DNA from: a virus
Strand: one strand, 5' to 3'
DNA length: 64,000 nt
Virus record (IMG/VR): IMGVR_UViG_3300027901_000001
The notes below the pieces were generated by a model. The model was not told the DNA's origin. It did not search any database and worked only from the letters and a program-made list of their open reading frames with translations. Both the position numbers and the translations under genes were made by a program. This document shows positions 9,367 to 18,350 of this stretch, in pieces (the stretch's first letter is position 1; each line of letters opens with the position of its first letter).

Positions 9367-9801
9367 CTATGGTGGCGGTGCACCAGGTACTTCCACTATC
9401 TCACCCTTCTCGATCGTAACAATGGCATCCGAACCAATCATCTCCGCCACCCGGCCAATCGGCACAATAAAGTAACCCCCAATCTGGTGGGGCGCGTTAC
9501 GGTAAGAACCAGCGCTACTATAGTTCAAATAGATATAATCACCGGCTGCCCAACTAGAGCCATATTGATAGGAGCTGGGAATAATAACGGGACCAGCGTA
9601 TGCGAAAAAACCATGATCAGGTTGAGCAACATCCGCTATAGCTGTTCCCCAATATTGTGCTTCAGCAAAAGATGTAACCCTCGCTATCTTCACATTTCTG
9701 TTGCTTGAAAAAACATATACCGGCTGCCCTCGATAAATCGTGGTGGCATCGGCATTATTCATATACCTTATTGGCAAAACTTGATTGGCAGGAACGTGCA
9801 T
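9367..9801 (-). CDS. Capsid-cement/decoration-like single-domain protein
   Basis: GQPVY...A...GTAIADV...G...AGDYIYL...G...P...PIG pattern typical of phage cement/decoration domains (recognised by eye). Confidence 0.4.
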   Translation of the reverse strand: MHVPANQVLPIRYMNNADATTIYRGQPVYVFSSNRNVKIARVTSFAEAQYWGTAIADVAQPDHGFFAYAGPVIIPSSYQYGSSWAAGDYIYLNYSSAGSYRNAPHQIGGYFIVPIGRVAEMIGSDAIVTIEKGEIVEVPGAPPP

Positions 9802-9804
9802 AAT

Positions 9805-10572
9805 CTATCCTCCCACCACATGCCAGGCCCAATAACCCCCCTCCGAACTCATAAACTGCCAGGTGACCCCAATCCACGCAAGACCAATAGGAATGTCCGT
9901 TGCCGCAGCGATAACACCTCCACTGATAGGATCTTCAATCTTTTGTGAAGCAGAATAAACATTGATAATCGCCGTGCTGCCGGTTACATTCTTTATTGCA
10001 AACAAGTCACCCATTGATGGACCGGGCGGAAATGTAATCCGTTTATTTCCTGTAAAACTCGCTGGCTCATATGGAACACGCTCTCCAACCGATCCTGTGT
10101 ATTCATTTAGCCGCCGCGACGACGTAGGCTCAAGATCATTACCTTTAGGTTTTGCATCGGTTTGATACCAGTGTTCTTCCTCTGTATCATAATAAAATAC
10201 AGCCAGGTCATCCTGAGCCAACTCTAAGAGTTCCCTCTGCTTGATAAAAATCTTGTCTTCTGCGACAGCACCCACATCCATGTGACTAATAAAAACAGAA
10301 TATGTGCCATCGTTCCTAATGATTTTCTTTTCGCCCTTAATCCCAGCTATCGGAGATGAATAAAATCCCTCAATATACACCGTACCAGTGGTGGGATTTA
10401 TAACCACCACATCTGCATCGGCCCAACCGGTAATGCCGTTCCCAAAATCACTGTAAGTTCCGGCAGGGACATCGACATCTATCTGAGACAACGGACCAGC
10501 AGCTCCGGCGGCAATCTCTGCCTCCAGCCGTTGAATTTCTGATAAAATATATTTTTTTGAAAAACCGCTCAT
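9805..10572 (-). CDS. Fibre-like protein (island domain plus C-terminal fibre module)
   Basis: N-terminal island domain (IEGF...KIIRNDGTYSVFISH...LELAQDDLAVFYYDTEEEHW); C-terminal RITFPPGPSMGDLFAIKN...W module similar to the end of the 11092 gene. Confidence 0.5.
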   Translation of the reverse strand: MSGFSKKYILSEIQRLEAEIAAGAAGPLSQIDVDVPAGTYSDFGNGITGWADADVVVINPTTGTVYIEGFYSSPIAGIKGEKKIIRNDGTYSVFISHMDVGAVAEDKIFIKQRELLELAQDDLAVFYYDTEEEHWYQTDAKPKGNDLEPTSSRRLNEYTGSVGERVPYEPASFTGNKRITFPPGPSMGDLFAIKNVTGSTAIINVYSASQKIEDPISGGVIAAATDIPIGLAWIGVTWQFMSSEGGYWAWHVVGG

Positions 10573-11090
10573 CAGGCGTACTCGCCCTTCCAGGTATTCA
10601 AATCCACCTGTCCACGCAAAAATGTGTAGAAAGTGGTTGTGGCTTCATCCATCGACACCGCACTCCTCTCGGCCTCCTTTCTTATCAAACAGTGAATGGG
10701 AACCGGAATAATCTCCGGACGCTCCTCTTTCAAAAACCTGGCGGCCCCGTATAAAGCCCCATGAAGAGCTGCCTCCGACGGCCCCTGTCGCAGAGGCCGA
10801 GCCCAGTCCATCAGAGCCGTGTACTCCTGGACTGTCATCGAAACAGTCAGCGATTCCATCTTGGTCTTCAGCTCGCTCGCGGAGAGCAGTGCCGCCTCGT
10901 TCTGAATCGCCTGAACAAGCACAGACTTGGCCGTCGCCAAATCGGTATAGGCCAAAACAACACACCACCATTCCGCATGAGTAGGACCGTTGTAAATATC
11001 CGCCGTGTCCTTCTCGAATAGCGGCTGCGATGACCGACACCACTTTTTCGTGGTGAATAGAGTAGCCAAATAATTGCGCAACTGGGTCAT
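10572..11090 (-). CDS. Island paralog family member A (172 aa)
   Basis: WCVVLAYTDL, ELKTKM, HGALYGAARFLKEE, terminal WKGEYA. Confidence 0.8.
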   Translation of the reverse strand: MTQLRNYLATLFTTKKWCRSSQPLFEKDTADIYNGPTHAEWWCVVLAYTDLATAKSVLVQAIQNEAALLSASELKTKMESLTVSMTVQEYTALMDWARPLRQGPSEAALHGALYGAARFLKEERPEIIPVPIHCLIRKEAERSAVSMDEATTTFYTFLRGQVDLNTWKGEYA

Positions 11091-11091
11091 C

Positions 11092-11982
11092 TTAACCTAC
11101 CATCCATCCGTTGCCCTTCACGCGCTCCAGCCGCAGGTACTCTCGCGGAGTTGTAAGCTGCCTAGAAGGAAGCCCCCCTAACAGCGGCCCCTGACCATCC
11201 ACCGTCACCACCGGCGGCGTCGCGGCATCGCTGATGCTGATCAGCTCCACCTTCTCCCCTGGGGTGCCCCTGGGCCTGAGCGTGAGGGTGAATGGCCCGT
11301 ACGTCGGGTCAATCCGGGCAATGCAGTTATTGGGAATCTCGGCCGCCTCGCCAATAATCGGCAGCACCTGGGGCGGTGTGTGCCAGCGGCCGATAAACCG
11401 CATGTGGCCGTTCAGGAACACACGACCGTCGACAACCACCTTACCGTCCACATTAATCTGGGTGTTGGGCAGCACGGATACCGAATCGCCCGGTGCCACA
11501 TATTTGAAAGCGCCGCCAATTCCGCCACCACCACCGCCGCCACCGCTGAAAAAATCCTCTGCCTCAATGACCGTCCCGGCCTGCATGATCATGGCGTTGC
11601 GAAAAATAAAATTCGTGCCGACCCGCAGCCCCAGGATAAGCGAATCGTCGGTGTTCAGAGCGATATTGGCGACCTCCGCCGCCACGTTCACGTTCTGCCC
11701 CGGATGCCGGGTGATCTCGGCCCGGATCACCTGGCCGTCGGCCGGAGCCAGGGAGTTGGCCACGATGCGCGTGAAAAACCCGGTGGAGGGCGAGAAAACA
11801 AGAAAAGCCTCGCTCCAGGTCAACCCGGATCCGCCGGGGGACCAGGACAACAGACCGCCACCGGTCAGGATAAGATTTCGATCCTCGCGAGCCGCGAAAC
11901 CGGAGGCATCCGTCGCCCGCACGAAATCGACGAATCCATCAAACCAGGGATCGTCGTGCTGGCTGGGATACGTCCATCCCAT
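11092..11982 (-). CDS. Fibre-like virion protein
   Basis: Start reassigned to ATG 11982 (MGWTYPSQ) so it does not overlap the 11996 gene. Has a poly-Gly hinge and a C-terminal IDPTYGPFTLTL...PGEKVELI...W module of the kind seen in long-tail-fibre proteins. Confidence 0.55.
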   Translation of the reverse strand: MGWTYPSQHDDPWFDGFVDFVRATDASGFAAREDRNLILTGGGLLSWSPGGSGLTWSEAFLVFSPSTGFFTRIVANSLAPADGQVIRAEITRHPGQNVNVAAEVANIALNTDDSLILGLRVGTNFIFRNAMIMQAGTVIEAEDFFSGGGGGGGGIGGAFKYVAPGDSVSVLPNTQINVDGKVVVDGRVFLNGHMRFIGRWHTPPQVLPIIGEAAEIPNNCIARIDPTYGPFTLTLRPRGTPGEKVELISISDAATPPVVTVDGQGPLLGGLPSRQLTTPREYLRLERVKGNGWMVG

Positions 11983-11995
11983 TCGTGGAGAGGTC

Positions 11996-12628
11996 TCAGA
12001 CACCTTCCTGCTTCTCCTTCTCCAGCTCCTGCTCGTAGTCATCATCCAGGGCGTACGCCGCCTCTTCGTGATGACTGCCTTCGTACGGATTCTCACCCCT
12101 CAGCCAGGCGGTAGTCCAGTTTCCGACACCCATCTGGATGTAGCCCGTGAGCCAGAGGAGCCCGGCGAGCACGTAGGAGGCAGTCGACTGCCCCACAGCC
12201 GCAACTAAGGCCGCCAGCACAAAGGCCCGCAGCATGGAAGCCTCGTATTGCTCAACGTGCACATGCTCATGGAACTGGACCGGCCGCCACGGCTTCCCCC
12301 TCGGGTGCCGCTTTAGCGGCCCGTAAAAGATCGCGTGCCCTATGGTAGATCCTCCCCAAGGGTACTTTGTCCCGTCCGGCAGCTCCCGCAGATACCAACC
12401 CTTCGGCCAACGACCCTCGCTCACCGGCCAGGAGCCCTTTTTCATCTCACAGGTCAGCGACGGGCCGCCCGGACCACCAGGCTTGGCAGCCGGATTATCG
12501 CGAGGATTTTCCCACTCCAGCCTGGTACCCCAGAGCGCTCGAATCAACAGGATACCCCCCCATACCAGCAAGTCCCACGGCAGGCAGAGCAGGTACAGCA
12601 CCAGGTGGCGCTTCGCCTTCAGGTTCAT
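11996..12628 (-). CDS. Putative membrane-associated HExxH zinc metallopeptidase
   Basis: STIGHAIFY, FHEHVHVEQYE (HExxH), later HEEAAY third-ligand-like motif; hydrophobic segments. Confidence 0.55.
   Translation of the reverse strand: MNLKAKRHLVLYLLCLPWDLLVWGGILLIRALWGTRLEWENPRDNPAAKPGGPGGPSLTCEMKKGSWPVSEGRWPKGWYLRELPDGTKYPWGGSTIGHAIFYGPLKRHPRGKPWRPVQFHEHVHVEQYEASMLRAFVLAALVAAVGQSTASYVLAGLLWLTGYIQMGVGNWTTAWLRGENPYEGSHHEEAAYALDDDYEQELEKEKQEGV
12179..12192. repeat. Dispersed 14-bp palindrome, copy 1
   Basis: GGCAGTCGACTGCC, exact; inside the HExxH gene (encodes G-Q-S-T-A). Confidence 0.9.
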
Positions 12629-14805
12629 GCCGCCGCCTCCACACCAGTCAAGGCCACCGACCCCTTGGTAATGACGTACTTCTCGGTGATGATGAGATTC
12701 CCATCAGCATCGATCGGAACCACGTCTCCAACAGTTCCGACGATCTTGACCACCGAGTAAGCCACGCCATCTACGCCGCCTATACCGGTTTGAGGATTCG
12801 GCGAAATTACCGTATCCAGGTTGGCCACTCGAAGAGAAGCCCCAAAGGCACGCACACGCAGCAGATCATCAACCGCCTTCTCGACGTTCGTTAAAACCGT
12901 CTGCTTGACGAACCCGGCCTTTATTCCAACGGTAATTTCGATAATTGCCGGAACCAGATACGCGCCGCCGGAGACCACCTCCGGCACCTGGGTGACCTCT
13001 TTGCGTGCGTCCAGGTAGGCCCGTAGCGAGTTGATCAAAGCGACTGGGGGCTCTTGGAGGAAGCCGTCCACGTCCCTGGTAAGGATCGGCACCTGGACCA
13101 GATTAGCCTTGCAATCAGCCGACAGAAAACCGTCCACATGGTCAAAAATGTTTTGCAGCTCAGTCTCGATCGCATCCTCAAAGCCCGTAGTCACACGGTT
13201 GTTAATAACGATCACCTGGGCCTCGATGCTGTCGAGCAGCGGCTCCATGTCGTCCAGGCTGGTCTGGGCCGTCGTGTTCTCCTCCTCCAGCTCATCTGCC
13301 TGCGTCTTAATACTGGCCTGCTTGTTCACAACAGTGGTCGCCTCTCCGTCGGCGGCTGAAGCGTCGCCCGAGATGTTATCCGCTTCCGCATCGATCGAGT
13401 CGAAGTAAGCCTTGAGCGCGTTCTTGGTATCAGCAGTTAGCTGGTCCGGGGTATCCGTCGTGATGGCGTCCACGGCGGCCTTACCATCGGTCACGTGGGT
13501 CTTGATGTCGTTGGCGTCTACCCCAATCTGGGAAGTCCTGTTTTTGATGGACCGGGCGGCAGTAATAGCGTCATCAGCATCCGACTCGATCCCGGTTTTC
13601 TTGGTTGCGATGACCCCCGTTGCATCGTCCGCCGTGTCCCGCAGCTCGTAGATGGCCATCCGATCCGGCTCGATCTGGTCCGTCGCCGCCTGCACGTCAG
13701 AGGCCAGGGAATCTCGTATGACTCTAATGTTGTCCAAGTAAATCTGGAGCTGGATATCGTCTTCCGCGCTATGGGCCGCGAACGCCTGAGCAATAGCCAC
13801 TTGGCCCGCCAGCGCGTCCACATAAGCCGTGGAAAGCCCCTCGTAGTCGCCCCTGGTCACCGCCACATCGCGGGCGTGATAGAACCGCTGAGCATTGGTC
13901 CGAGCTTTCTCCAGGTCCTCCCGATCCGCGCCCGGCGTCGAGGGCAGCGGGTTGGTAATGTTCAACGGAATAATGGTGGCCGCCACGACGAGGGGATCCA
14001 CTACATCGGTAATAGTATCGCTCTGGACAGCTCCCGCCTTGCCCGAATTGGCAACGTATTCGGCCCGGATTTCATCCCCTGCCGCTGGAATGTTCCCGGC
14101 AATACCATCACCAAATCGCAGGGACGGCGGCTCATCGTTGTAATTCACTTCAAACTGGTCGGTCATATCAAAGGTAATGATCTCGGACTCCGACCAGGGA
14201 AAACCGGCTACCCGGCACACAAAGCCATTACCAGCGATGTATCGTCCGCGCTGAGGGTTGAGCCGGAAAATCTGATTCTTCGCGCCATTCGAGGAGAAGA
14301 ACTCTACCCGCGTTTCGCCCTCTCTCACCCCAACGGTGCGCGGCGGACTCAAGGGACCCTCTCCTATCGGAAAGGTAACCGCCTCTACCGCCTCGAAAAC
14401 CAGGTTGTTCGGCCCCTGGAACTTGAATCCGATGGGTATAGTCACAGCAAAGGTCTGAACCTCTGCAAGGGTCACTTCCAAATCCACCGCTGCCGACACG
14501 GCCGCCGACATCTTGTACCCGAGCTGGCGCGCCAGCCTGCTGATGGCCTTCCTGGTGCGGGCCGTCGCCAGGTAAGATTCCGTAGCTTGCCGGTCGATGT
14601 AGAAGCTCAGCGTCTCACAGGCCCAACTCACAATATCGATGAGCATCTGGCCGACGCCCGAAACCACGAAGTCGTTGAATTCCGTGACAAACAACGCCTG
14701 GATCCGGGCGATGATGTCATCGACGAACGTGAAGAAATCCTTGCCAGCAAACCTGGCCCGGTTGATTTTCGCCTGGGGGCTTTCTATCTGGATCGGGTCA
14801 GCCAT
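12625..14805 (-). CDS. Baseplate J / T4 gp6-like wedge protein with a coiled-coil insertion
   Basis: YIDRQATESYLATARTRKAISRLARQLGY, LRFGDGIAGNIP and RDVAVTRGDYE motifs of the gp6/J family. Confidence 0.85.
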   Translation of the reverse strand: MADPIQIESPQAKINRARFAGKDFFTFVDDIIARIQALFVTEFNDFVVSGVGQMLIDIVSWACETLSFYIDRQATESYLATARTRKAISRLARQLGYKMSAAVSAAVDLEVTLAEVQTFAVTIPIGFKFQGPNNLVFEAVEAVTFPIGEGPLSPPRTVGVREGETRVEFFSSNGAKNQIFRLNPQRGRYIAGNGFVCRVAGFPWSESEIITFDMTDQFEVNYNDEPPSLRFGDGIAGNIPAAGDEIRAEYVANSGKAGAVQSDTITDVVDPLVVAATIIPLNITNPLPSTPGADREDLEKARTNAQRFYHARDVAVTRGDYEGLSTAYVDALAGQVAIAQAFAAHSAEDDIQLQIYLDNIRVIRDSLASDVQAATDQIEPDRMAIYELRDTADDATGVIATKKTGIESDADDAITAARSIKNRTSQIGVDANDIKTHVTDGKAAVDAITTDTPDQLTADTKNALKAYFDSIDAEADNISGDASAADGEATTVVNKQASIKTQADELEEENTTAQTSLDDMEPLLDSIEAQVIVINNRVTTGFEDAIETELQNIFDHVDGFLSADCKANLVQVPILTRDVDGFLQEPPVALINSLRAYLDARKEVTQVPEVVSGGAYLVPAIIEITVGIKAGFVKQTVLTNVEKAVDDLLRVRAFGASLRVANLDTVISPNPQTGIGGVDGVAYSVVKIVGTVGDVVPIDADGNLIITEKYVITKGSVALTGVEAAA

Positions 14806-15191
14806 CAGGCCGCACTCCTGGTCGCCATATCGACCGCCGTTTGCCTAATTTCCCCGCGCACTCGATATACCACGATCACCACCACCGTATAGCCTTTTGC
14901 GGCCCGGTTCTCCTTCTGAAGGGTGATTACCCGCAGCGCCTGGATGCGGGGCTCTCCGGCCGCCAGAGCGCGCCGCACCTCGTGGTTAATGCTGGCCCGC
15001 ATCATGGGGCCGATGTTCTCGAACACGAAATTCATCGTGTCACTACCGGCATTCGGCCGCATAACCCGCTCCCCGCGCCGGGTCTGGAGAATGCGCCGGA
15101 TATTGTCCTCAATCGTCTGGTCATCCTCGCTCTTCGCCGGAAAGCCAGTGGTATTCTTGTTGAACGGAAATGCTATGCCACGAATCGTCAT
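14805..15191 (-). CDS. Baseplate wedge protein, gp25/gpW-like
   Basis: GIAFPF, IEDNIRRILQTRRGERVMRP, EPRI motifs. Confidence 0.85.
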   Translation of the reverse strand: MTIRGIAFPFNKNTTGFPAKSEDDQTIEDNIRRILQTRRGERVMRPNAGSDTMNFVFENIGPMMRASINHEVRRALAAGEPRIQALRVITLQKENRAAKGYTVVVIVVYRVRGEIRQTAVDMATRSAA

Positions 15192-15243
15192 CTAGCCGTC
15201 CATCCTACCTTAAAGCCTCTGTTTTCCTCAATTCTCCGTCCTT

Positions 15244-15735
15244 TCATGTAATGGGCACGATCACCGGTGGAGCCGGTAGGATCGTGTACGTCACCGTCAC
15301 TGTCCTGGAAGCGGTATCCAACTGAGCCGCAATCGCTTCGGCCGCCGCCGCCTCCGGCTGCGGAGCTGAAAGAACCGCAGTCAGACCAGCGATCAAAGCT
15401 GGCTTGCCAGGAAAAGCAGTCACCGCACCCGCCCCACCTGGTGGAGTGAACACAACGGGCGGAAGCAACCAGAACGCCTCGATTCCATTAGCCAATGCCA
15501 TCGCGAAATTCGAGGGACTGGGAGACGGGGTTTTCATCGCGGTCTGGAGCATCGGACTCATCTTGGTGGCCTCTGTCCCTACCCACACGGGAAGCGCCAG
15601 ACCAGCTATCGCGGGCTTCGCGTACTTGGTATAGGCATCCGCCCAGCTCCGGGCGTTCTTGCCCTCGTCCGCTTCCAAGGCTCTCATCACCTTGAGCAGA
15701 GCAGTAGAAAGCTGTTTGACGACCATCGGCATCAC
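15244..15735 (-). CDS. Hypothetical baseplate-region protein
   Basis: Ala/Pro-rich ORF coupled to the spike gene by a TGA/ATG overlap. Confidence 0.6.
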   Translation of the reverse strand: MMPMVVKQLSTALLKVMRALEADEGKNARSWADAYTKYAKPAIAGLALPVWVGTEATKMSPMLQTAMKTPSPSPSNFAMALANGIEAFWLLPPVVFTPPGGAGAVTAFPGKPALIAGLTAVLSAPQPEAAAAEAIAAQLDTASRTVTVTYTILPAPPVIVPIT

Positions 15736-16511
15736 TTCACCTTGTTCACCTTCGATAAGGCCGTCTCTAGTCGGGCCTTGATTGCTTGAAAGGTCGCCAC
15801 GTTGACTGGCGGGCTGGTGGTGCCCGCCGGAGAAATCACCGTCAGTTGGGCAATCGCATCCAGCGTCTCCTCGAATAATCCCTTGAGCACATCCCCGAGC
15901 ACGGCCGCTTCGGTGGCCCCCTCTCCCAGGGATATCGTAGTGGTACCCGGCGGCACGCCTGGCAGCTCGAAGTTGGCGACCACGACGTTGCCCAGCTTAT
16001 CCCACTCAGCATACCCCCCGAGCTTGTGCTCGAACCGCACCTTCTCTTGACCCGTATCGTCGATGAGCAGGAGCTTGTGGCCGCCGGGCGTGACCCAGCC
16101 GTGGGCATCGACCGACTCCAACTCCGACGGCATCTCACCCTTGGCCCACCAGCCGCCGAACCACAGAGGAATATCCGGCTTTCCCCTTTCAAACTCGACC
16201 CAGGTGTGGCTCCCCTTGGGAGGCAGGCTCTTGAAGCCATACCCTGAACCTGCCAGCGGCGTCTTGGGATAGGCAACACGCGGCGGCGTCTCAGGCGTGT
16301 CACCGATACCCGGCACGCGCACCTTCAGCAAACCGATCTTGTCCAAATCGGCCCCAAGCCCGATGGCCCCCAGTTCAGAAAAACCCTTGTTATCGACCAC
16401 CTCAGCCCGATACGAACCAAAGTAGTAGCCCAGCCACTCCAGGCCCTCCATAACGATCCGGTCCATGAACCGGCGAAAGCCCGATGCCGAATACGCCAAA
16501 GAACCAGGCAC
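15732..16511 (-). CDS. Baseplate central spike protein (gpV / gp5 OB-fold)
   Basis: YRAEVVDN...LKVRVP...GYGFKSLPPKGSHTWVEFERGKPDIPLWFGGWW, then TPGGHKLLLIDD. Confidence 0.85.
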   Translation of the reverse strand: MPGSLAYSASGFRRFMDRIVMEGLEWLGYYFGSYRAEVVDNKGFSELGAIGLGADLDKIGLLKVRVPGIGDTPETPPRVAYPKTPLAGSGYGFKSLPPKGSHTWVEFERGKPDIPLWFGGWWAKGEMPSELESVDAHGWVTPGGHKLLLIDDTGQEKVRFEHKLGGYAEWDKLGNVVVANFELPGVPPGTTTISLGEGATEAAVLGDVLKGLFEETLDAIAQLTVISPAGTTSPPVNVATFQAIKARLETALSKVNKVK

Positions 16512-16522
16512 CCTTCAACCTC

Positions 16523-18010
16523 CTAAAAATCGCCCTTGACAGCATCAACAATAGTACCGCCCCCCGATGCCGCATCCACGCCCTCTTCCACCTCCTCAGT
16601 GTTGGTCTCCTCTGCCTGTTTTGCTAGAGCCTCATCGAGCCCACCAGCAGCCGACCCGTTGTTGATGAGCTTCAGACTCATCATCCACTCGGTGTCGTTA
16701 GCTTCGTGCGTCATAGATTCGAGCCAATAGTTGCTGCTGAAAATTCCTACACCACCCAGCTCCACAACGCTGCCCGGAAACAACTCCGGAATCGCATATG
16801 CAGAAATAGAAGCATTAATGCCGTACCGAAAAGCCAACGCATCCCGATGCGCCTGGCAAATATCTTTCGGCTCTCTAGGATCTCGCGCCGAAACAGGCAT
16901 AAATTGACCTGTACGCTGCGTACCTTCCGTAGCGGCCAGTTGCACCAATACATCCTCCACCAGCTTCTCGGTTGAATCCGGTAGTTTCCCATCTCCCAGC
17001 ACCGCTTCCTGCGCAGTAGCGGACGTAACTTCTATGTCCAGAACTTTCTTGCTCAGCGGATCCAGATCACTGCTCGTTGTCTTGATCGCCCCAGCCGGTA
17101 GATAAACACCCTGGGGCTCGATCTCAAACTCGAACATAGGAAAAGTATTCTGAAAATCGCAATTTCCGCGCATCAGAAATTTATAGAGAGGCGGCCTCTT
17201 TAGAGACTCTTTCCGCTTTCTCACATACAAAACATTCCCCCCCTCATCCTTCTGCGATGAAGCCAGAAAAGCATCACAACCGGCATCTCTCGTCATCTTC
17301 TGTACAAAAAACCAATCCGTCATATTGCCCTGGCTTACCTTGGTGCGCTTCTTTTCCAAAGGGTCTTCGTATCCAATCGCTGTCAGGGCTGACACGATCG
17401 CTTCGAGCCCGCTATCTTCTTTGAACACCACCTTCCATTTATGAGTCTCGGCAATTTCCTCAATAATCTCTTTGTACGATTTACCCTCGTACACTTTGGA
17501 AGATGTCCCCCGTAAAGAGGCCATATCACCGCCACCATTGAGGGTTGCCGTTAGCCCCTCATCACCAGTAATCCGAAGGGAAGGTTTCTGGGCCATCGTA
17601 GAAAACCAAGGGGTGAACCGGCCCAGCTTCGGATACCCAAGCTGCACCTCATAAAGGTTCCCTACGCGAAACAATGAACTCTCCAAGAGCTTGAGTCCCA
17701 GGTCGAACGGGGAGGCAATATTGATCGTCGTTTTGGCAACCATACCCAGGCTTATTTCCACAGACACGCTTTCCACAATCGGCAAGTCCAAACCGAGTAG
17801 GTCACTGGTACCCCCACCACCGCCAAGATCTAACACATCGTCGACCATGCCAAGCGCATCGCCCAAACCGCCACCAAGGTTCGGAATATCGGTGGACTCC
17901 TGTTTCATCCACAACGGTACACGCACGCCGTCCGTCGGATTTGTTACGGCCACCGATATCTGAAAACCAGAAGGATCGATCGGCCCGGCACCTCCAAGCC
18001 CGAGCACCAT
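16523..18010 (-). CDS. Baseplate hub protein (gpD / gp27 / VgrG-N-like)
   Basis: EVQLGY, KSYKEIIEEIAETH, QGNMTDWFFVQKM, IPELFPGSVVELGGVGIFSSNYWLESMTH; located between LysM and spike genes. Confidence 0.75.
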   Translation of the reverse strand: MVLGLGGAGPIDPSGFQISVAVTNPTDGVRVPLWMKQESTDIPNLGGGLGDALGMVDDVLDLGGGGGTSDLLGLDLPIVESVSVEISLGMVAKTTINIASPFDLGLKLLESSLFRVGNLYEVQLGYPKLGRFTPWFSTMAQKPSLRITGDEGLTATLNGGGDMASLRGTSSKVYEGKSYKEIIEEIAETHKWKVVFKEDSGLEAIVSALTAIGYEDPLEKKRTKVSQGNMTDWFFVQKMTRDAGCDAFLASSQKDEGGNVLYVRKRKESLKRPPLYKFLMRGNCDFQNTFPMFEFEIEPQGVYLPAGAIKTTSSDLDPLSKKVLDIEVTSATAQEAVLGDGKLPDSTEKLVEDVLVQLAATEGTQRTGQFMPVSARDPREPKDICQAHRDALAFRYGINASISAYAIPELFPGSVVELGGVGIFSSNYWLESMTHEANDTEWMMSLKLINNGSAAGGLDEALAKQAEETNTEEVEEGVDAASGGGTIVDAVKGDF

Positions 18011-18340
18011 CTAACGACCCTCCTCCCCCCTGCTCGGTCGCCGCAAAACATGAGTAAAAACTCGACGCTGAGAAGGAATCCTGATGACAGTATTCGGATT
18101 CAAATCACACGGCAGCAATTCCATGTTGTTGGCCAGGGCGATGATCCACCACAAGTCATCACTACCGTAGAATTTCCTGGCCAACCGATCGATCCGGTCG
18201 CCACGGTCTACGGTGTACCGCTTGTCGTCCGGAGCCGCCTCGATCTTCGGGTACACCGGCAGCTCCCAGTGCTCCACATCATCAATGGTGATGAGCCTGG
18301 CGAAAAGCAACCTCGATGTCTTTCTGACCCTAACCGGCAT
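18011..18340 (-). CDS. LysM-domain baseplate protein (tail X / gp53-like)
   Basis: YTVDRGDRIDRLARKFYGSDDLWWIIALANNM. Confidence 0.8.
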   Translation of the reverse strand: MPVRVRKTSRLLFARLITIDDVEHWELPVYPKIEAAPDDKRYTVDRGDRIDRLARKFYGSDDLWWIIALANNMELLPCDLNPNTVIRIPSQRRVFTHVLRRPSRGEEGR

Positions 18341-18350
18341 ACTCTACGTT

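Noticed and set aside
3987-11090. Diversity-generating retroelement or invertible fibre cassette
   Set aside because: No reverse transcriptase or invertase, no near-identical TR/VR pair differing at adenines, and no flanking inverted repeats; the paralogs are diverged throughout.
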